Of a stretch of 64,000 nucleotides of DNA, positions 1-12,021 are shown piece after piece (position 1 is the first letter of the stretch; each line of letters opens with the position of its first letter). The notes below the pieces were generated by a model that was not told where the DNA came from, searched no databases, and saw only the letters and a list, made by a program, of their open reading frames with translations. Source of the stretch: an uncultured Verrucomicrobiota bacterium. GTDB lineage: Bacteria > Verrucomicrobiota > Verrucomicrobiia > Limisphaerales > JAYPEY01. The stretch lies in NCBI GenBank assembly GCA_964519245.1, contig CAZFLK010000002.1, forward strand, positions 45,077-109,076, given 5' to 3'. Both the position numbers and the translations under genes were made by a program.

Positions 1-588
1 GACCCGCGCAAGACCTTTCGCGTCGAAGACGGCGTGATCCGGGTTGATTACGAGAACTACGACGAGTTCAACGAAACCTTCGGTCACCTCTTCTATCAGA
101 CTTCCTATTCACGCTATCGCCTCCGGGTGGAGTATCGATTTGTCGGAGAGCAGTTGAAGGGCGGTCCCGGATGGGCCTACCGCAACAGCGGCCTGATGCT
201 CCACGGTCAGGCTCCCAAGACCATGGCCAAGGACCAGGACTTTCCGAACTCCATTGAGGTGCAGTTGCTTGGCGGCAACGGCAAGGACGAACGCACGACG
301 CTGAACCTCTGCACCCCGGGCACGGATGTCGTTATGAACGGCAAACTGCTCAAGCGACATTGCATCAGTTCCCAATCGAAGACCTACCACGGCGACCAGT
401 GGGTGACTGTGGAAGTTCTCGTCGACGGCTCCAAGGGCTTCAAGCACCTCATCGACGGCGAGGTCGTGCTCGAATACGCCAGCCCGCAACTGGACGATGG
501 CTCGCTGCTGGAGGGCGGGACGATCTCCCTGCAAAGCGAGAGCCACCCCTGCGAATTCCGCAAGGTCGAGTTGCTGCCCTTGGATTGA
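1..588 (+). CDS. DUF1080 (3-keto-disaccharide hydrolase-like, concanavalin-fold) domain protein, 5' end outside window
   Basis: Frame 1 is open from nt 1 (DPRKTFRVEDGVIRVDYENY...) to TGA 586-588. The track ORF start at 34 is a GTG inside this frame. DUF1080-like blocks are present: RLRVEYRF, NSGLMLHGQ, IEVQLLGG, ISLQSESHPCEFRKVEL. Confidence 0.7.
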   Translation, partial: DPRKTFRVEDGVIRVDYENYDEFNETFGHLFYQTSYSRYRLRVEYRFVGEQLKGGPGWAYRNSGLMLHGQAPKTMAKDQDFPNSIEVQLLGGNGKDERTTLNLCTPGTDVVMNGKLLKRHCISSQSKTYHGDQWVTVEVLVDGSKGFKHLIDGEVVLEYASPQLDDGSLLEGGTISLQSESHPCEFRKVELLPLD

Positions 589-593
589 GCGGG

Positions 594-1472
594 TTACTTC
601 CCGACCAACGGATCCAGGAACTTGTAGAGCTCCTCGGTGGCGGGGTCGTCCGGCTTGCCGAGGTCGTTGTTCAGCCGGCTGTGGTTGCTGTCGCGCTTGC
701 CGTAGGCCTTGGCGGGTAGGCCCGCTTCACGCAGGACGGATTCCAACCGGCGGGCCTGCGCGCGAGTGTCGGGATTGCCGGAGAAATAGAGGATGAGAAA
801 GGGTGGAATGCCCTTGCCTTTGGCGACATGCGTCACGGCTGAGAAATCCAGGTGCTTCTCCGGGTTGTTTCCAAACTTCTGGCGATGGCCGAAGGTGAAC
901 ATCTTGCCGCCGTAAAGCGCCTGCCGATGTTCCGCGGTCATGATGATCTTGGGAATGTCGTAGGTGTCGCCATCCACCGGGACACAGCCTCTCAAGGCGT
1001 CGAATGAGACGCTCTCTTCCTTGAGATAACGGTCGTCGATGCAGATCAGGGCCGCGAGTTGCGCGCCGGCGGAATGGCCGCCCACGAAGATGCGCTGCGG
1101 GTCGCCGCCGTGCTTCGCGATGTTCCTGTGCACCCAGCCCAGGGACTTGGCGACATCGCGTATCAAGGTGTCCATGTCGACCTCGGGCAGAAGGCGGTAG
1201 TTGGTGGAGACAAAGACAAAGCCGCGTTCGGTGAGGACCTTGGGCTTCAGCGCGACATCGCTCTTGTCGCCGACCCGCCAACCGCCGCCATGAATCCAGA
1301 ACATGACGGGCCGTTTCTTGTCGGAAGCTTTCTCCGGCGTGTAGATGTCGAGGACGTGCCGCTCGTGGCCGTTCTTCAGATAGGGAATGTCGGCGGCCAG
1401 TTTCTGGCCGCAAGCTGTTCGGGCGACGAAACAGCCAAGTAAGGCAAGGGAGATGGCAATCTTGTGACTCAT
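594..1472 (-). CDS. secreted alpha/beta hydrolase (carboxylesterase/lipase type)
   Basis: The internal ATG at 1472 gives [22 protein letters not shown], a signal peptide. It has the HGGG oxyanion motif ([13 protein letters not shown]) and a GxSxG nucleophile elbow (GGHSAGAQL). It converges on the previous gene with a 5-nt gap. Confidence 0.8.
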   Translation of the reverse strand: MSHKIAISLALLGCFVARTACGQKLAADIPYLKNGHERHVLDIYTPEKASDKKRPVMFWIHGGGWRVGDKSDVALKPKVLTERGFVFVSTNYRLLPEVDMDTLIRDVAKSLGWVHRNIAKHGGDPQRIFVGGHSAGAQLAALICIDDRYLKEESVSFDALRGCVPVDGDTYDIPKIIMTAEHRQALYGGKMFTFGHRQKFGNNPEKHLDFSAVTHVAKGKGIPPFLILYFSGNPDTRAQARRLESVLREAGLPAKAYGKRDSNHSRLNNDLGKPDDPATEELYKFLDPLVGK

Positions 1473-1883
1473 GGCGAGGTCTGTTTCCAAGGTTCTCGAA
1501 AAGCGAAACAACAACTTGACGACGCGCCCATCCGTTCGCAAGAGCGCACCTGCCAATTCAACACCGATTCACCATCTAGGCAATCCTCGTGAAGGGCCGG
1601 GGAAAGACGATTCGATCACCCGGTTTCGTTCACGCCCAGGTTGATTTGTGCGCCCGATCGGTGATTGGACCACGCTTCGACCTCCGTCCGAACGTCGTAT
1701 GTATGACTAGCGGCAGTTTCCTGGAAATGCTCCGCATGGGCGCTCGTCGCCGTCCGCCGCCCCGGTCCGAGAAACTCAGACCAAGCTTGCCTGACACGGC
1801 GATCCCGACGCATTGCGTTACGCCCGCCGCTCCGCTAGTATGTCCGCAACTTCAACAGTAACGTAAACGGTTCCCTTCAGATC

Positions 1884-2567
1884 ATGCGCGTCGCCGCCGT
1901 CCTTACTCATTGTACCAACGCCCTGATTGCCGTAGCCGTGGCTGCGTTGACAATGGGGGGCGTCGCTCCACGAAGCCACGCCCAGGGCAACGTCGAGGGT
2001 TCCCTCAAACTCCCTCCCTCCAAGAAATCGGCCGTTACCAGCCAACGCTACGCCAATATTGCGGGCAAGGTTGGCGTCCCCAAGGGGCAGGCCGGCGTCG
2101 TCTGGGTTGAAGGCGACTTCAACGGCGTCACCAATACGACCCCGGCTGTCGTGGAGATGGGGCAGCGCAATTTTCAGTTTGAGGTCTACGCGCTTCCCGT
2201 GCGCGTCGGGACCAAGGTCGTGTTCCCCAATCACGACGACGCCTATCACAATGTCTTTTCCTACTCCAAGGCCAAGCGCTTCGACCTGGGACGCTACCTG
2301 AAGGACGAATCGCCGGCGACCGTGCTGTTCGACAAGCCCGGAGTCGTGAAACTCTATTGTGAAATTCACGAGCACATGAACGCCGTGATTGTCGTGGTGG
2401 ATTCACCCTTCTTCACAACGACCGACGAGGAAGGCAACTTCACCCTGAAAGGCATACCGGCCGGCAACTACACCCTCAAGGCCTGGCTCGGCAAGAAGAA
2501 GCTGGCCGAGAAATCCGTCACCCTGAAGGACGGCGAAACCCTCACCGCCGGCGTGCTCGGTCAATAA
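1884..2567 (+). CDS. periplasmic cupredoxin-like protein with C-terminal CarboxypepD_reg-like beta-sandwich
   Basis: ATG start with a signal peptide ending ...SHAQG. The ligand spacing resembles a type-1 copper site: His in AYHNVFS, then C-x2-H-x2-M in LYCEIHEHM. The C-terminal EEGNFTLKGIPAGNYTLKAWL resembles a carboxypeptidase regulatory-like domain. The gene ends 6 nt before the next gene. Confidence 0.65.
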   Translation: MRVAAVLTHCTNALIAVAVAALTMGGVAPRSHAQGNVEGSLKLPPSKKSAVTSQRYANIAGKVGVPKGQAGVVWVEGDFNGVTNTTPAVVEMGQRNFQFEVYALPVRVGTKVVFPNHDDAYHNVFSYSKAKRFDLGRYLKDESPATVLFDKPGVVKLYCEIHEHMNAVIVVVDSPFFTTTDEEGNFTLKGIPAGNYTLKAWLGKKKLAEKSVTLKDGETLTAGVLGQ

Positions 2568-2573
2568 GTCCCG

Positions 2574-4385
2574 ATGCCGGCGCCGACACTCAGTTTCCGG
2601 GGCAAGCTGGTGGCAGCCATGATGCTGATCGTGATCGGCGTCACTGGCGCGACGCTCTACGTGGCGCAGGATCGCATGAAGGCCGCTCATGAACGCATGT
2701 CGGAGATTCAGTTCCACAACCAGGTCGAACTGTTCAACAGCATGCGTGAATCGAGGCTTTCCCGGGTCCGGGAGAAGTGCCTCGACCTGGTTCGCTCCGT
2801 CCGCGTCGCCGCCGCGCTGGAAGAGGAGGATCTCGAAGTCATTTACAAACTGGCCGAGGACGAGTTGACGCCCGTCCTCCGCCTGCGCCCCAATCGCGGA
2901 CCCCGCGCCCGCGCTCCCCGACTCATCCGCTTCATCGACACCGAGGGGGCGGAACTGCCCCCACCCCAACGCGCTTTTCGCGGCATGGGCATCGAATCCG
3001 TCTTCGCGTCCGATGAAATGCGCGACGCCTTTCAACAGGTTGCCCGGACCATGGAGGCCGAAGGCGTCGACCAGAAGATAGGCTACGTGGAACGCGTCAT
3101 GCGCGACCGCTCCATGATCATGGAGGTCATCGTCACCAAGGTCGTGCTCCGGGCGACGGATGAATACATGGGCGCGCTCGTGCTGGGCTTTCCCATCATG
3201 GACGGGATGGAGAAAGCCATGAAGGACTTCACGGATATCCGCAGCGGGATCTGGGTGAACGATGAACTCTATACGGAAACAATCGAGGAGAGCATCCTGC
3301 CGAGCCTCAAAGAATCCGTCCGCGCTGCGATCAAGAGAGGGGGCGCCACTTCCGGAGTCATAACCACCGCCATCGGGGACGCGCCCCACAAGGTCTTCTT
3401 TCAGCAGATGAATGACTCCGAGTTTCTGCCGGCCTACCAGATTGCGCTCTATTCGCTGGAAGGCGCCTTGGCGGACCAAAAGGTCCTGCAGGCCCGGGTG
3501 GTTGCCTTTGGCGCGGCAGTGCTGTTGGGAGCTCTGGCCATCAGCATGGTGATCTCGCGCGGCTTCACCGGGCCGATTCACGCCCTCGTCAGGGGGACGC
3601 GGTCCATTCAGGAGGGTGACTTCGATGTCCGGATTCCTGTCCGGCATCACGATGAGATCGGGGAACTGACCGCCTCCTTCAACGAGATGGCCGAGGGATT
3701 GGCCCAAAAGGAGAAGTACCAGGCCGTGCTCGACATGGTCGCCGACAAGGACGTGGCCGAGGAACTGATGTCGGGCTCTGTCGCGTTGGGCGGCGAACTG
3801 CGCGACATCAGCGTGCTGTTCTGCGATATCCGCGGCTTCACGGCCATGACCCAGAACATGTCGCCCACGGATGTCATTCATCTGATGAACGACCATTTCA
3901 CCGTGCTGACCAACATCGTCTACGAGCATGACGGCGTGGTGGACAAATTTGTCGGCGATCTGATCATGGGGGTGTTCGGCGCGCCGCGCAGTTATGGCAA
4001 TGACGCCTACAACGCGGCGCGCTGCTGCCTGCGCATGATCGAGGAGCGCACGAAGCTGAACGAGGCCGCCGAGCAGCCCATCCACATGGGCATTGGCCTG
4101 GCCTCCGGCGAGGCGGTCGCGGGCTGCATGGGATCAGCAGATCGACTCAACTACACCGTCATGGGCGCGCGCGTGAATCTATCCTCGCGGCTCTGCAGCG
4201 TGGCGGGCGTTGACGAGACCGTCATCGACCAAGGCACTTACGATAAGCTCAAGGACTACGTGGAAGTCGAACCCATGCCGGAACTCAGGGTCAAGGGCTT
4301 CGACGCGCCGGTCCAGGCCTACAAATTGCTCGGCATTCGTTCGCTGAAGGAATCCCCCGCCGTCGACTCAAGTTCCAACTGCTGA
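2574..4385 (+). CDS. membrane-bound class III adenylate/guanylate cyclase with periplasmic sensor region and HAMP domain
   Basis: TM1 is LVAAMMLIVIGVTGATLYV, followed by a periplasmic segment of roughly 270 aa and TM2 VVAFGAAVLLGALAISMVI. The HAMP-like linker is ...DEIGELTASFNEMAEGL. Cyclase blocks are ISVLFCDIRGFTAMT, VDKFVGDLIMGVFGAP and NYTVMGARVNLSSRL. Confidence 0.85.
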   Translation: MPAPTLSFRGKLVAAMMLIVIGVTGATLYVAQDRMKAAHERMSEIQFHNQVELFNSMRESRLSRVREKCLDLVRSVRVAAALEEEDLEVIYKLAEDELTPVLRLRPNRGPRARAPRLIRFIDTEGAELPPPQRAFRGMGIESVFASDEMRDAFQQVARTMEAEGVDQKIGYVERVMRDRSMIMEVIVTKVVLRATDEYMGALVLGFPIMDGMEKAMKDFTDIRSGIWVNDELYTETIEESILPSLKESVRAAIKRGGATSGVITTAIGDAPHKVFFQQMNDSEFLPAYQIALYSLEGALADQKVLQARVVAFGAAVLLGALAISMVISRGFTGPIHALVRGTRSIQEGDFDVRIPVRHHDEIGELTASFNEMAEGLAQKEKYQAVLDMVADKDVAEELMSGSVALGGELRDISVLFCDIRGFTAMTQNMSPTDVIHLMNDHFTVLTNIVYEHDGVVDKFVGDLIMGVFGAPRSYGNDAYNAARCCLRMIEERTKLNEAAEQPIHMGIGLASGEAVAGCMGSADRLNYTVMGARVNLSSRLCSVAGVDETVIDQGTYDKLKDYVEVEPMPELRVKGFDAPVQAYKLLGIRSLKESPAVDSSSNC

Positions 4386-4390
4386 ACCCT

Positions 4391-5638
4391 ATGAAAAAGC
4401 CGAAAGTCTTCCGTCGTGCCACTCTGACCCTGTGCGCGGTTGCGGGATTGCTGATCACGACCGCAACGAACGCGCAGACCTTTCTCGAGCAAGTGGACGA
4501 CGCGCTCGCCTACGAGACGCCGAACGGCTTCTTTCGCACGGACTTGAGTGGACGACTCGACGCGGAATACTACTACGTGGATCAGAATCCGCCGGGATTG
4601 GTGTTTCCGGACGATGATCATTTCTTCAATCCCCGCATGTCGCTGTTTCTCGACACGCAACTCGGCGACCATTTCTACTCCTTGGTGCAGGCGCGTTTCG
4701 ATCGTGGTTTCGACCCCGGTTCCCGCCGCCATGGCGATTCGCGTTTGGACGAGTATTTCCTCCGCTACCGGCCGTTCAAGGACGGCAGGCTGAACTTCCA
4801 GATCGGCAAGATGGCGACGGTTTTCGGCGGTTGGGTTCCCCGGCATCTGGCTTGGGACAACCCTTTTATCAATGCGCCTTTGGCCTATGAACATGTCACC
4901 GTCATCACGGACCATGGCGTTCCCGGCGCGCCGGCCGGATTCCTCGGCAGACAAGGCGTGCGCGACAATAAACCCCGCTGGCTGCCGATGATCTGGGGCC
5001 CGGCTTACACAAGCGGCGCGTCCATGTTCGGATCGCTCGAAGGCTTCGATTACGCTTTCGAGTTCAAGAACGCATCGATCTCCTCGCGGCCCTATGCGTG
5101 GGATCCGTTTCGCGTCAATTGGGAGAACCCGACGGTCAGCGGCCGCTTGGGATATCGCCCCAACGCGATGTGGAACGTGGGGTCTTCTTTCAGCTACGGA
5201 ACCTATCTGTTGCCGGAGTCACAACCCACGCTGCCGGCCGGGTCCGACCCGGGGGATCACAACCAGTTGACCATCGGCGCGGATATCTCCTTTGCCTGGC
5301 ATGCCTGGCAGGTTTGGGCGGAGGCGATCGCCGCGCGCTTCGAAGTACCCAATGTCGGCAACGCCGATACCCTCAGCTATTTCATTGAGGCGAAGTACAA
5401 GATCACGCCCCGCCTCTATGCGGCAGGCCGGTGGAATCACCAGATCTTCGATGAAGTCCCCAATGGGGCGGGAGGCTTTGCCGACTGGGACCGGGATGCT
5501 GTCCGAATCGAGGGGGCCATCGGATACCGCTGGACCCGCCACATCCAGACCAAGCTGCAATACGGTTATAGCCGCCTGGAGGGGGCGTTGCAACAGGGTG
5601 AGCAACTATTCGCGGCGCAACTGAATGTGAAGTTCTGA
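4391..5638 (+). CDS. putative outer-membrane beta-barrel protein
   Basis: Signal peptide MKKPKVFRRATLTLCAVAGLLITTATNAQT. The sequence is aromatic/Gly-rich with an alternating pattern and ends in Phe (...AAQLNVKF), as many OMPs do. It starts 5 nt after the cyclase gene. No specific family was recognised. Confidence 0.5.
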   Translation: MKKPKVFRRATLTLCAVAGLLITTATNAQTFLEQVDDALAYETPNGFFRTDLSGRLDAEYYYVDQNPPGLVFPDDDHFFNPRMSLFLDTQLGDHFYSLVQARFDRGFDPGSRRHGDSRLDEYFLRYRPFKDGRLNFQIGKMATVFGGWVPRHLAWDNPFINAPLAYEHVTVITDHGVPGAPAGFLGRQGVRDNKPRWLPMIWGPAYTSGASMFGSLEGFDYAFEFKNASISSRPYAWDPFRVNWENPTVSGRLGYRPNAMWNVGSSFSYGTYLLPESQPTLPAGSDPGDHNQLTIGADISFAWHAWQVWAEAIAARFEVPNVGNADTLSYFIEAKYKITPRLYAAGRWNHQIFDEVPNGAGGFADWDRDAVRIEGAIGYRWTRHIQTKLQYGYSRLEGALQQGEQLFAAQLNVKF

Positions 5639-5669
5639 GTGAGGTCGGTGGGGTGTGTTGGCCGCGTAG

Positions 5670-5689
5670 CGCAGGCGTCCTCGCCTGCG
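5670..5689 (+). terminator. candidate stem-loop after the barrel gene
   Basis: cgcaggcg-tcct-cgcctgcg forms an 8-bp GC stem with a 4-nt loop, about 30 nt after the stop at 5638. There is no clear U-tract, so this is weak. Confidence 0.3.
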
Positions 5690-5836
5690 GGTGCGACGGG
5701 CGTCTCCGCCCGGTTTCTCTCGGAACAGGCGGCGGGACGCCGCCATAACCCGCGGCCGGGACGGCCGCGCTACAATCATCCGCAACGAACCACACTGGCT
5801 TGCATCGCACCGCGTTCTTCGTAAGCTCTCCGCCCT

Positions 5837-6817
5837 ATGCGAATTTTGTCCGGCATCCAGCCTTCGGGCGCCCTGCACATCGGCAACTACTTCGGGATGA
5901 TGAAGCCCGCGATCGAGTTGCAGGAGCGGGGCGAGGCCTACTATTTTATCGCGAACTACCACTCGATGACTTCGCTCTTCGATCCCGAGGAGCGGCGGAA
6001 GAACTCCCTCGATGTGGCGCTCGACTTCCTCGCCTGCGGCCTCGATCCGGAAAAGTCGGTCTTCTGGAAACAGTCGGATGTGCCCGAGGTGACCGAACTG
6101 ACCTGGTTGCTGAGCACGATGACCCCGATGGGTTTGCTCAAGCGCTGCCACAGCTACAAGGACAAGCTCAGCAAGCTCAGCGACGGCGACGAGGAAAAGG
6201 TCAATCATGGCCTCTTTGCCTACCCCGTGCTCATGGCCGCGGACATCCTGGCCTTTGATTCCACTCTCGTTCCGGTTGGCAAGGACCAGAAGCAGCACCT
6301 CGAGGTGGCGCGCGATATCGCCAACAAGTTCAACAACCAGTACGGCGAGACTTTTGTTGTTCCGGAGCCGGAGATCCGCGAATCCGTCGCGACGGTTCCG
6401 GGCACGGACGGCCAGAAGATGAGCAAGAGTTATGGCAACACGGTCGAGATCTTCGGCGAGGAGAAAAAGCTTCGCAAAAAGATCATGAAGATCGTCATGG
6501 ACAGCCGTCCTCCCGAGGAGCCCAAGCCGGACGCCGAGAAGAACAATGCCGTCCAGTTGCTGAAGCTGGTGGCTCCGGACAACGTCGCCAAGGAATGGGA
6601 GGATCGTCTCCGCGCCGGCGGCACGGGCTATGGCGATCTGAAGAAGGCTCTGTTCGAACATTACTGGAACTACTTCGAAGAACCCCGCAAGAAGCGCGCG
6701 GAATTGGAGCAGAACCTCGACTACGTGAACCAGGTTCTCAATTCAGGCGCGACGAAGGCGAGGGAGGTGGCTCGACAGGCCCTCGACCGCGCGAAGAAGG
6801 CCAGCGGGTTGGATTGA
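5837..6817 (+). CDS. trpS: tryptophan--tRNA ligase
   Basis: Full-length 326 aa, MRILSGIQPSGALHIGNYFG, carrying the HIGN signature. The KMSKS loop is present (GQKMSKSYGN). Overall layout is TrpRS. Confidence 0.95.
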   Translation: MRILSGIQPSGALHIGNYFGMMKPAIELQERGEAYYFIANYHSMTSLFDPEERRKNSLDVALDFLACGLDPEKSVFWKQSDVPEVTELTWLLSTMTPMGLLKRCHSYKDKLSKLSDGDEEKVNHGLFAYPVLMAADILAFDSTLVPVGKDQKQHLEVARDIANKFNNQYGETFVVPEPEIRESVATVPGTDGQKMSKSYGNTVEIFGEEKKLRKKIMKIVMDSRPPEEPKPDAEKNNAVQLLKLVAPDNVAKEWEDRLRAGGTGYGDLKKALFEHYWNYFEEPRKKRAELEQNLDYVNQVLNSGATKAREVARQALDRAKKASGLD

Positions 6818-6875
6818 GGGCCGCGTTGCCAGTTCGGCTCGCTGGGCTCGGAGGCCGTTTGGGCAAAGCTCTTTA

Positions 6876-6944
6876 CCCACGGATGGCAAAGCCGACCCAC
6901 GGATAGGATTTCTGCATCCGTGGGTCGGCTTTGCCATCCGTGGG
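6876..6944. terminator. perfect 29-bp inverted repeat (bidirectional terminator candidate) between convergent trpS and purL
   Basis: 6876-6904 cccacggatggcaaagccgacccacggat is the exact reverse complement of 6916-6944, with an 11-nt loop aggatttctgc. It lies between the trpS stop (6817) and the purL stop (6977). There is no U-tract. Confidence 0.55.
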
Positions 6945-6976
6945 GTGAAATCTTCGCGTTGGGAAACGCCGAGGCG

Positions 6977-9283
<2,307 letters not shown>

Positions 9284-9331
9284 TGGAGGCGGTTCAGAGT
9301 GGGAATGGGTTGGGAGTTCAGAAACTGCCGT

Positions 9332-10042
9332 TCACGCGGCGTCGGCCTGCGTCTTCTTGTCGAGCCAGGCGGCCATGGATTCAAGGATTGCCCGGCCGTC
9401 GGCGCTGCCAACGATCTCCTGGCAGGCCCGTTCCGGATGCGGCATCAGTCCGGCCACATTGCGTTCCCGGTTGCAGATGCCGGCAATGTTGTCCAGCGAG
9501 CCGTTGGGATTCGCGTCGTCGGTCAACTCCCCATCGGCGCTGACATACTGCCAGAGGATCTGGTTGTTCGATTTGATGGAAGCGAGCGTTTCCTCGTCGG
9601 CGAAGTAACAGCCCTCGCCATGCGCGATGGGCACGCGGAGAAGCTGCCCTTCCTCGACGCCGCCGGTGAAGGGGGTGTCCTTGGCGACGGTCTTGAGAAA
9701 GACCTGTTCGGAGCGGAACTGCAGCGAACGATTGCGCACGAGCGCGCCCGGAAGCAGGCCCGCCTCGCAGAGGACCTGGAAACCGTTGCAGATGCCGAGG
9801 ACCACGCCGCCGTCCGCGGCGAAGGTCTTGACCGCCTGCATTACCGGACTGAATCGTGCGATGGCGCCGCAACGGAGATAATCCCCGTAGCTGAATCCGC
9901 CGGGAATGATGACCGCGTCGGCGTCGCCGACGGACTCCTCCTTGTGCCAGAGCAGGCGGGCGTCGTGACCGATGACGCGAACGCCGTTGACCGCGTCCTG
10001 GTCGCTGTTCGACCCCGGAAATTGGATGACCGCTACTTTCAT
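9332..10042 (-). CDS. purQ: phosphoribosylformylglycinamidine synthase glutaminase subunit PurQ
   Basis: [27 protein letters not shown], catalytic Cys context [10 protein letters not shown], and HPE near the C-terminus (LMPHPERA). Confidence 0.95.
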   Translation of the reverse strand: MKVAVIQFPGSNSDQDAVNGVRVIGHDARLLWHKEESVGDADAVIIPGGFSYGDYLRCGAIARFSPVMQAVKTFAADGGVVLGICNGFQVLCEAGLLPGALVRNRSLQFRSEQVFLKTVAKDTPFTGGVEEGQLLRVPIAHGEGCYFADEETLASIKSNNQILWQYVSADGELTDDANPNGSLDNIAGICNRERNVAGLMPHPERACQEIVGSADGRAILESMAAWLDKKTQADAA

Positions 10043-10057
10043 GTCGTTTGGATTCGC

Positions 10058-10294
10058 TTACTCCAATTCGAAGCGATACTCCTCGATCACGGGATTGCTC
10101 AGCAACTTGTGGCAGGCCTCGTCGATCTGCTTCTCGACCGCCTCGCGCTCGCCGTCGATCTCGATCTCAAGGTAACGGCCGACATGGACGTCCTGTACGC
10201 CGGCGTAACCCATGTGCTCGAGCGCGTTCTGCACGGCCTTGCCTTGGGGGTCCAACACGGCCTTTTTCGGTGTAATGGTAATCTTCGCTTTCAT
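10058..10294 (-). CDS. purS: phosphoribosylformylglycinamidine synthase subunit PurS
   Basis: The internal ATG at 10294 gives a 78-aa protein, MKAKITITPKKAVLDPQGKAVQNALEHMGY...EEYRFELE, with the size and sequence of PurS. It ends 15 nt upstream of purQ. The longer track ORF (to 10429) adds a non-conserved extension. Confidence 0.9.
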   Translation of the reverse strand: MKAKITITPKKAVLDPQGKAVQNALEHMGYAGVQDVHVGRYLEIEIDGEREAVEKQIDEACHKLLSNPVIEEYRFELE

Positions 10295-10589
10295 GAATGG
10301 GAGCCCGGTCGGAACCGGGAAGACGGGATGTTGAAGAAAGCCGAAAATCCGCGCCAGACAATTCTGGGAAATTGGCGGGTTTTTGGCGCGCAGGAGCGCC
10401 GATTCCGTGCGGACGGCCTTTCCGGGCAAAGATGTGGGACGGTTCGGTTCCTCGATTGCCTGCGGAATGCGGGAAACTCAAGACTGTGGTCAGGCGTGGA
10501 CTTGCAGGGAGGACGTGGCTTTCACCGTCTTGCTGCGGCTTATCTGATGAGTTCGCGCATGAAGACTGAATCCTTGGTCGGAACGAGGA

Positions 10590-11960
10590 TTACTCCTCGT
10601 CGTCGCCAAACCATTTGAGCGCGGCTTTCAGTTTGGAAACTATCTCCTTATCCACGTAATCTTCGTAAGTCTTGACGATTTTCCGAGGGTCGAAGGAAGT
10701 CCAGGCCAACGGCAGTTTCCAGGATCGAATCTGCCATTTGTCATTCTCGGGCGCTAGTCGCTCGGCAACCTCGAGGAGCTTGTCCTGGGATGCTTGCCTC
10801 AGGCTGTTCAGTCCGACGCCCTTGATCGCGCCGCCGAGGTTCATGCCTTTTCCCGAGAACGCCTGGGTGGCCACCTCCTCGGCGAAGCTGAGAGGGGCTC
10901 CCTCGGCTGCGTCCCTGACAATGTCGCCCAACATGTCGCCGTAGGAACTGGCCGCGTCGGTAAAATCGGTCAGGGCTTCAGGCGGCCTTGATTCAAGTTC
11001 TTGCAGTCGCCGGAGCGCGTCGTCCTGCTCGGCCTGGATTCTAGTTTTCTCTGCCAGTTCGAGTTGTTCCTGTTCAAATCGCTGCCGACGTTCCTCTTCC
11101 CGTCGTTCCGCTTCCTGTTCCCGTCGCCAGCGCTCTTCGGCAAGGCGGCTCATCTCCCGGTCGCGGGCGCGCTGCTCGAAGATGTCGCGGATGCCGCGTT
11201 CGAGGGTGTCGAATGCCTGGTCAAGATTCTGATTGTAGGCGCGATTCGAATCAATCATGCGTTGTGTTTCAAGCATCTGCTGTTCGCGTCGTCGTTCGGC
11301 CTCCTGCTCGCGTCTGAGGTTCTCCTGTTGGCGGCGCCGCTCGTCCTCCAAGCGCGACGACTGCCGTTCCTGATGGCGCCGGAGAACGTCATTTCCCATG
11401 CGTTCCTGGTCGCGTTGAATGGAATCGAACGTTTTCTGATAGGCGGCTTGTTGCTTCTGGCGTCGCTCACGCATGAGTCGCAATTCCTCCTCTTGCTCGG
11501 CCTTCCGCCGCCTCGCCATCTCGGACTGGGCTTGGTCAAGAACGCGATCGCCTTGAGCGCGCAGACGCTCAATCTCCTTCTGCAGGGCCGCAATCTTCCG
11601 GTCGTACTCGGCGGCCTTGGCCATCAATTGCTCCGGGGATGCCGACAAGACCTCGCCCTTGACCCGGCGGATGTGATCCTGAAAATTCTCGTTCCGGCTC
11701 TGGATTTGCGTGCGCGTGCGCTTGCACTCACTGCAATACAGCCCCCTGCGCAACTCGTCCAGGGCCCGCTGCTTCTCCGCCGTCAGATCGTTTATCTTGC
11801 GCTGGATCTCGGCGATCTTGAGATCGACATCCTTCAACTGCTTGTCGTATTCAGGTATGCCGGTGAACACGTAGGAGTGGGCGCTGGTGATCGCAAGCGC
11901 GAGGCAGCAAGCCATGATGGCGGCATTCACCGCGGTCTTGAGATAGTTTCGAACAATCAT
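10590..11960 (-). CDS. secreted/membrane-anchored coiled-coil protein, function unknown
   Basis: ATG start with a hydrophobic N-terminus (AVNAAIMACCLALAITSAHS). About 300 aa are E/R/Q-rich heptad-like sequence with a repeated REQEAERR block. The C-terminal region of about 110 aa looks globular. No family was recognised. Confidence 0.6.
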   Translation of the reverse strand: MIVRNYLKTAVNAAIMACCLALAITSAHSYVFTGIPEYDKQLKDVDLKIAEIQRKINDLTAEKQRALDELRRGLYCSECKRTRTQIQSRNENFQDHIRRVKGEVLSASPEQLMAKAAEYDRKIAALQKEIERLRAQGDRVLDQAQSEMARRRKAEQEEELRLMRERRQKQQAAYQKTFDSIQRDQERMGNDVLRRHQERQSSRLEDERRRQQENLRREQEAERRREQQMLETQRMIDSNRAYNQNLDQAFDTLERGIRDIFEQRARDREMSRLAEERWRREQEAERREEERRQRFEQEQLELAEKTRIQAEQDDALRRLQELESRPPEALTDFTDAASSYGDMLGDIVRDAAEGAPLSFAEEVATQAFSGKGMNLGGAIKGVGLNSLRQASQDKLLEVAERLAPENDKWQIRSWKLPLAWTSFDPRKIVKTYEDYVDKEIVSKLKAALKWFGDDEE

Positions 11961-12021
11961 GAAATCGGTTGGTTTCCGCCGGCGAACGCCGCAGTCCTGA
12001 TGGTAACCACGGCGGGCGGCT

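Noticed and set aside
1473-1883. Small ORFs (1589..1861 +, 1616..1813 -) in the 411-nt divergent intergenic region
   Set aside because: They have no signal, motif or coding-like composition. They overlap each other on opposite strands, so the region is better read as a divergent promoter.
2403-4085. 560-aa minus-strand ORF
   Set aside because: It is antisense to the HAMP adenylate cyclase gene, is low-complexity and has no recognisable domains.
5639-5836. Possible T-box or attenuator leader upstream of trpS
   Set aside because: There is no specifier or T-box sequence and no Trp-rich leader peptide. The hairpins at 5670-5689 and nearby are better explained as termination structures of the preceding operon.
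10295-10589. Possible ZTP (pfl) or purine riboswitch in the 295-nt leader upstream of purS
   Set aside because: I read the minus strand and did not find the conserved ZTP 3' element (CCGCCTGGGC-like) or a purine-riboswitch three-way-junction core. Only generic GC hairpins are present, for example cccggt-tccg-accggg just before the ATG. A covariance-model scan (Rfam RF01750, RF00167) would be decisive.
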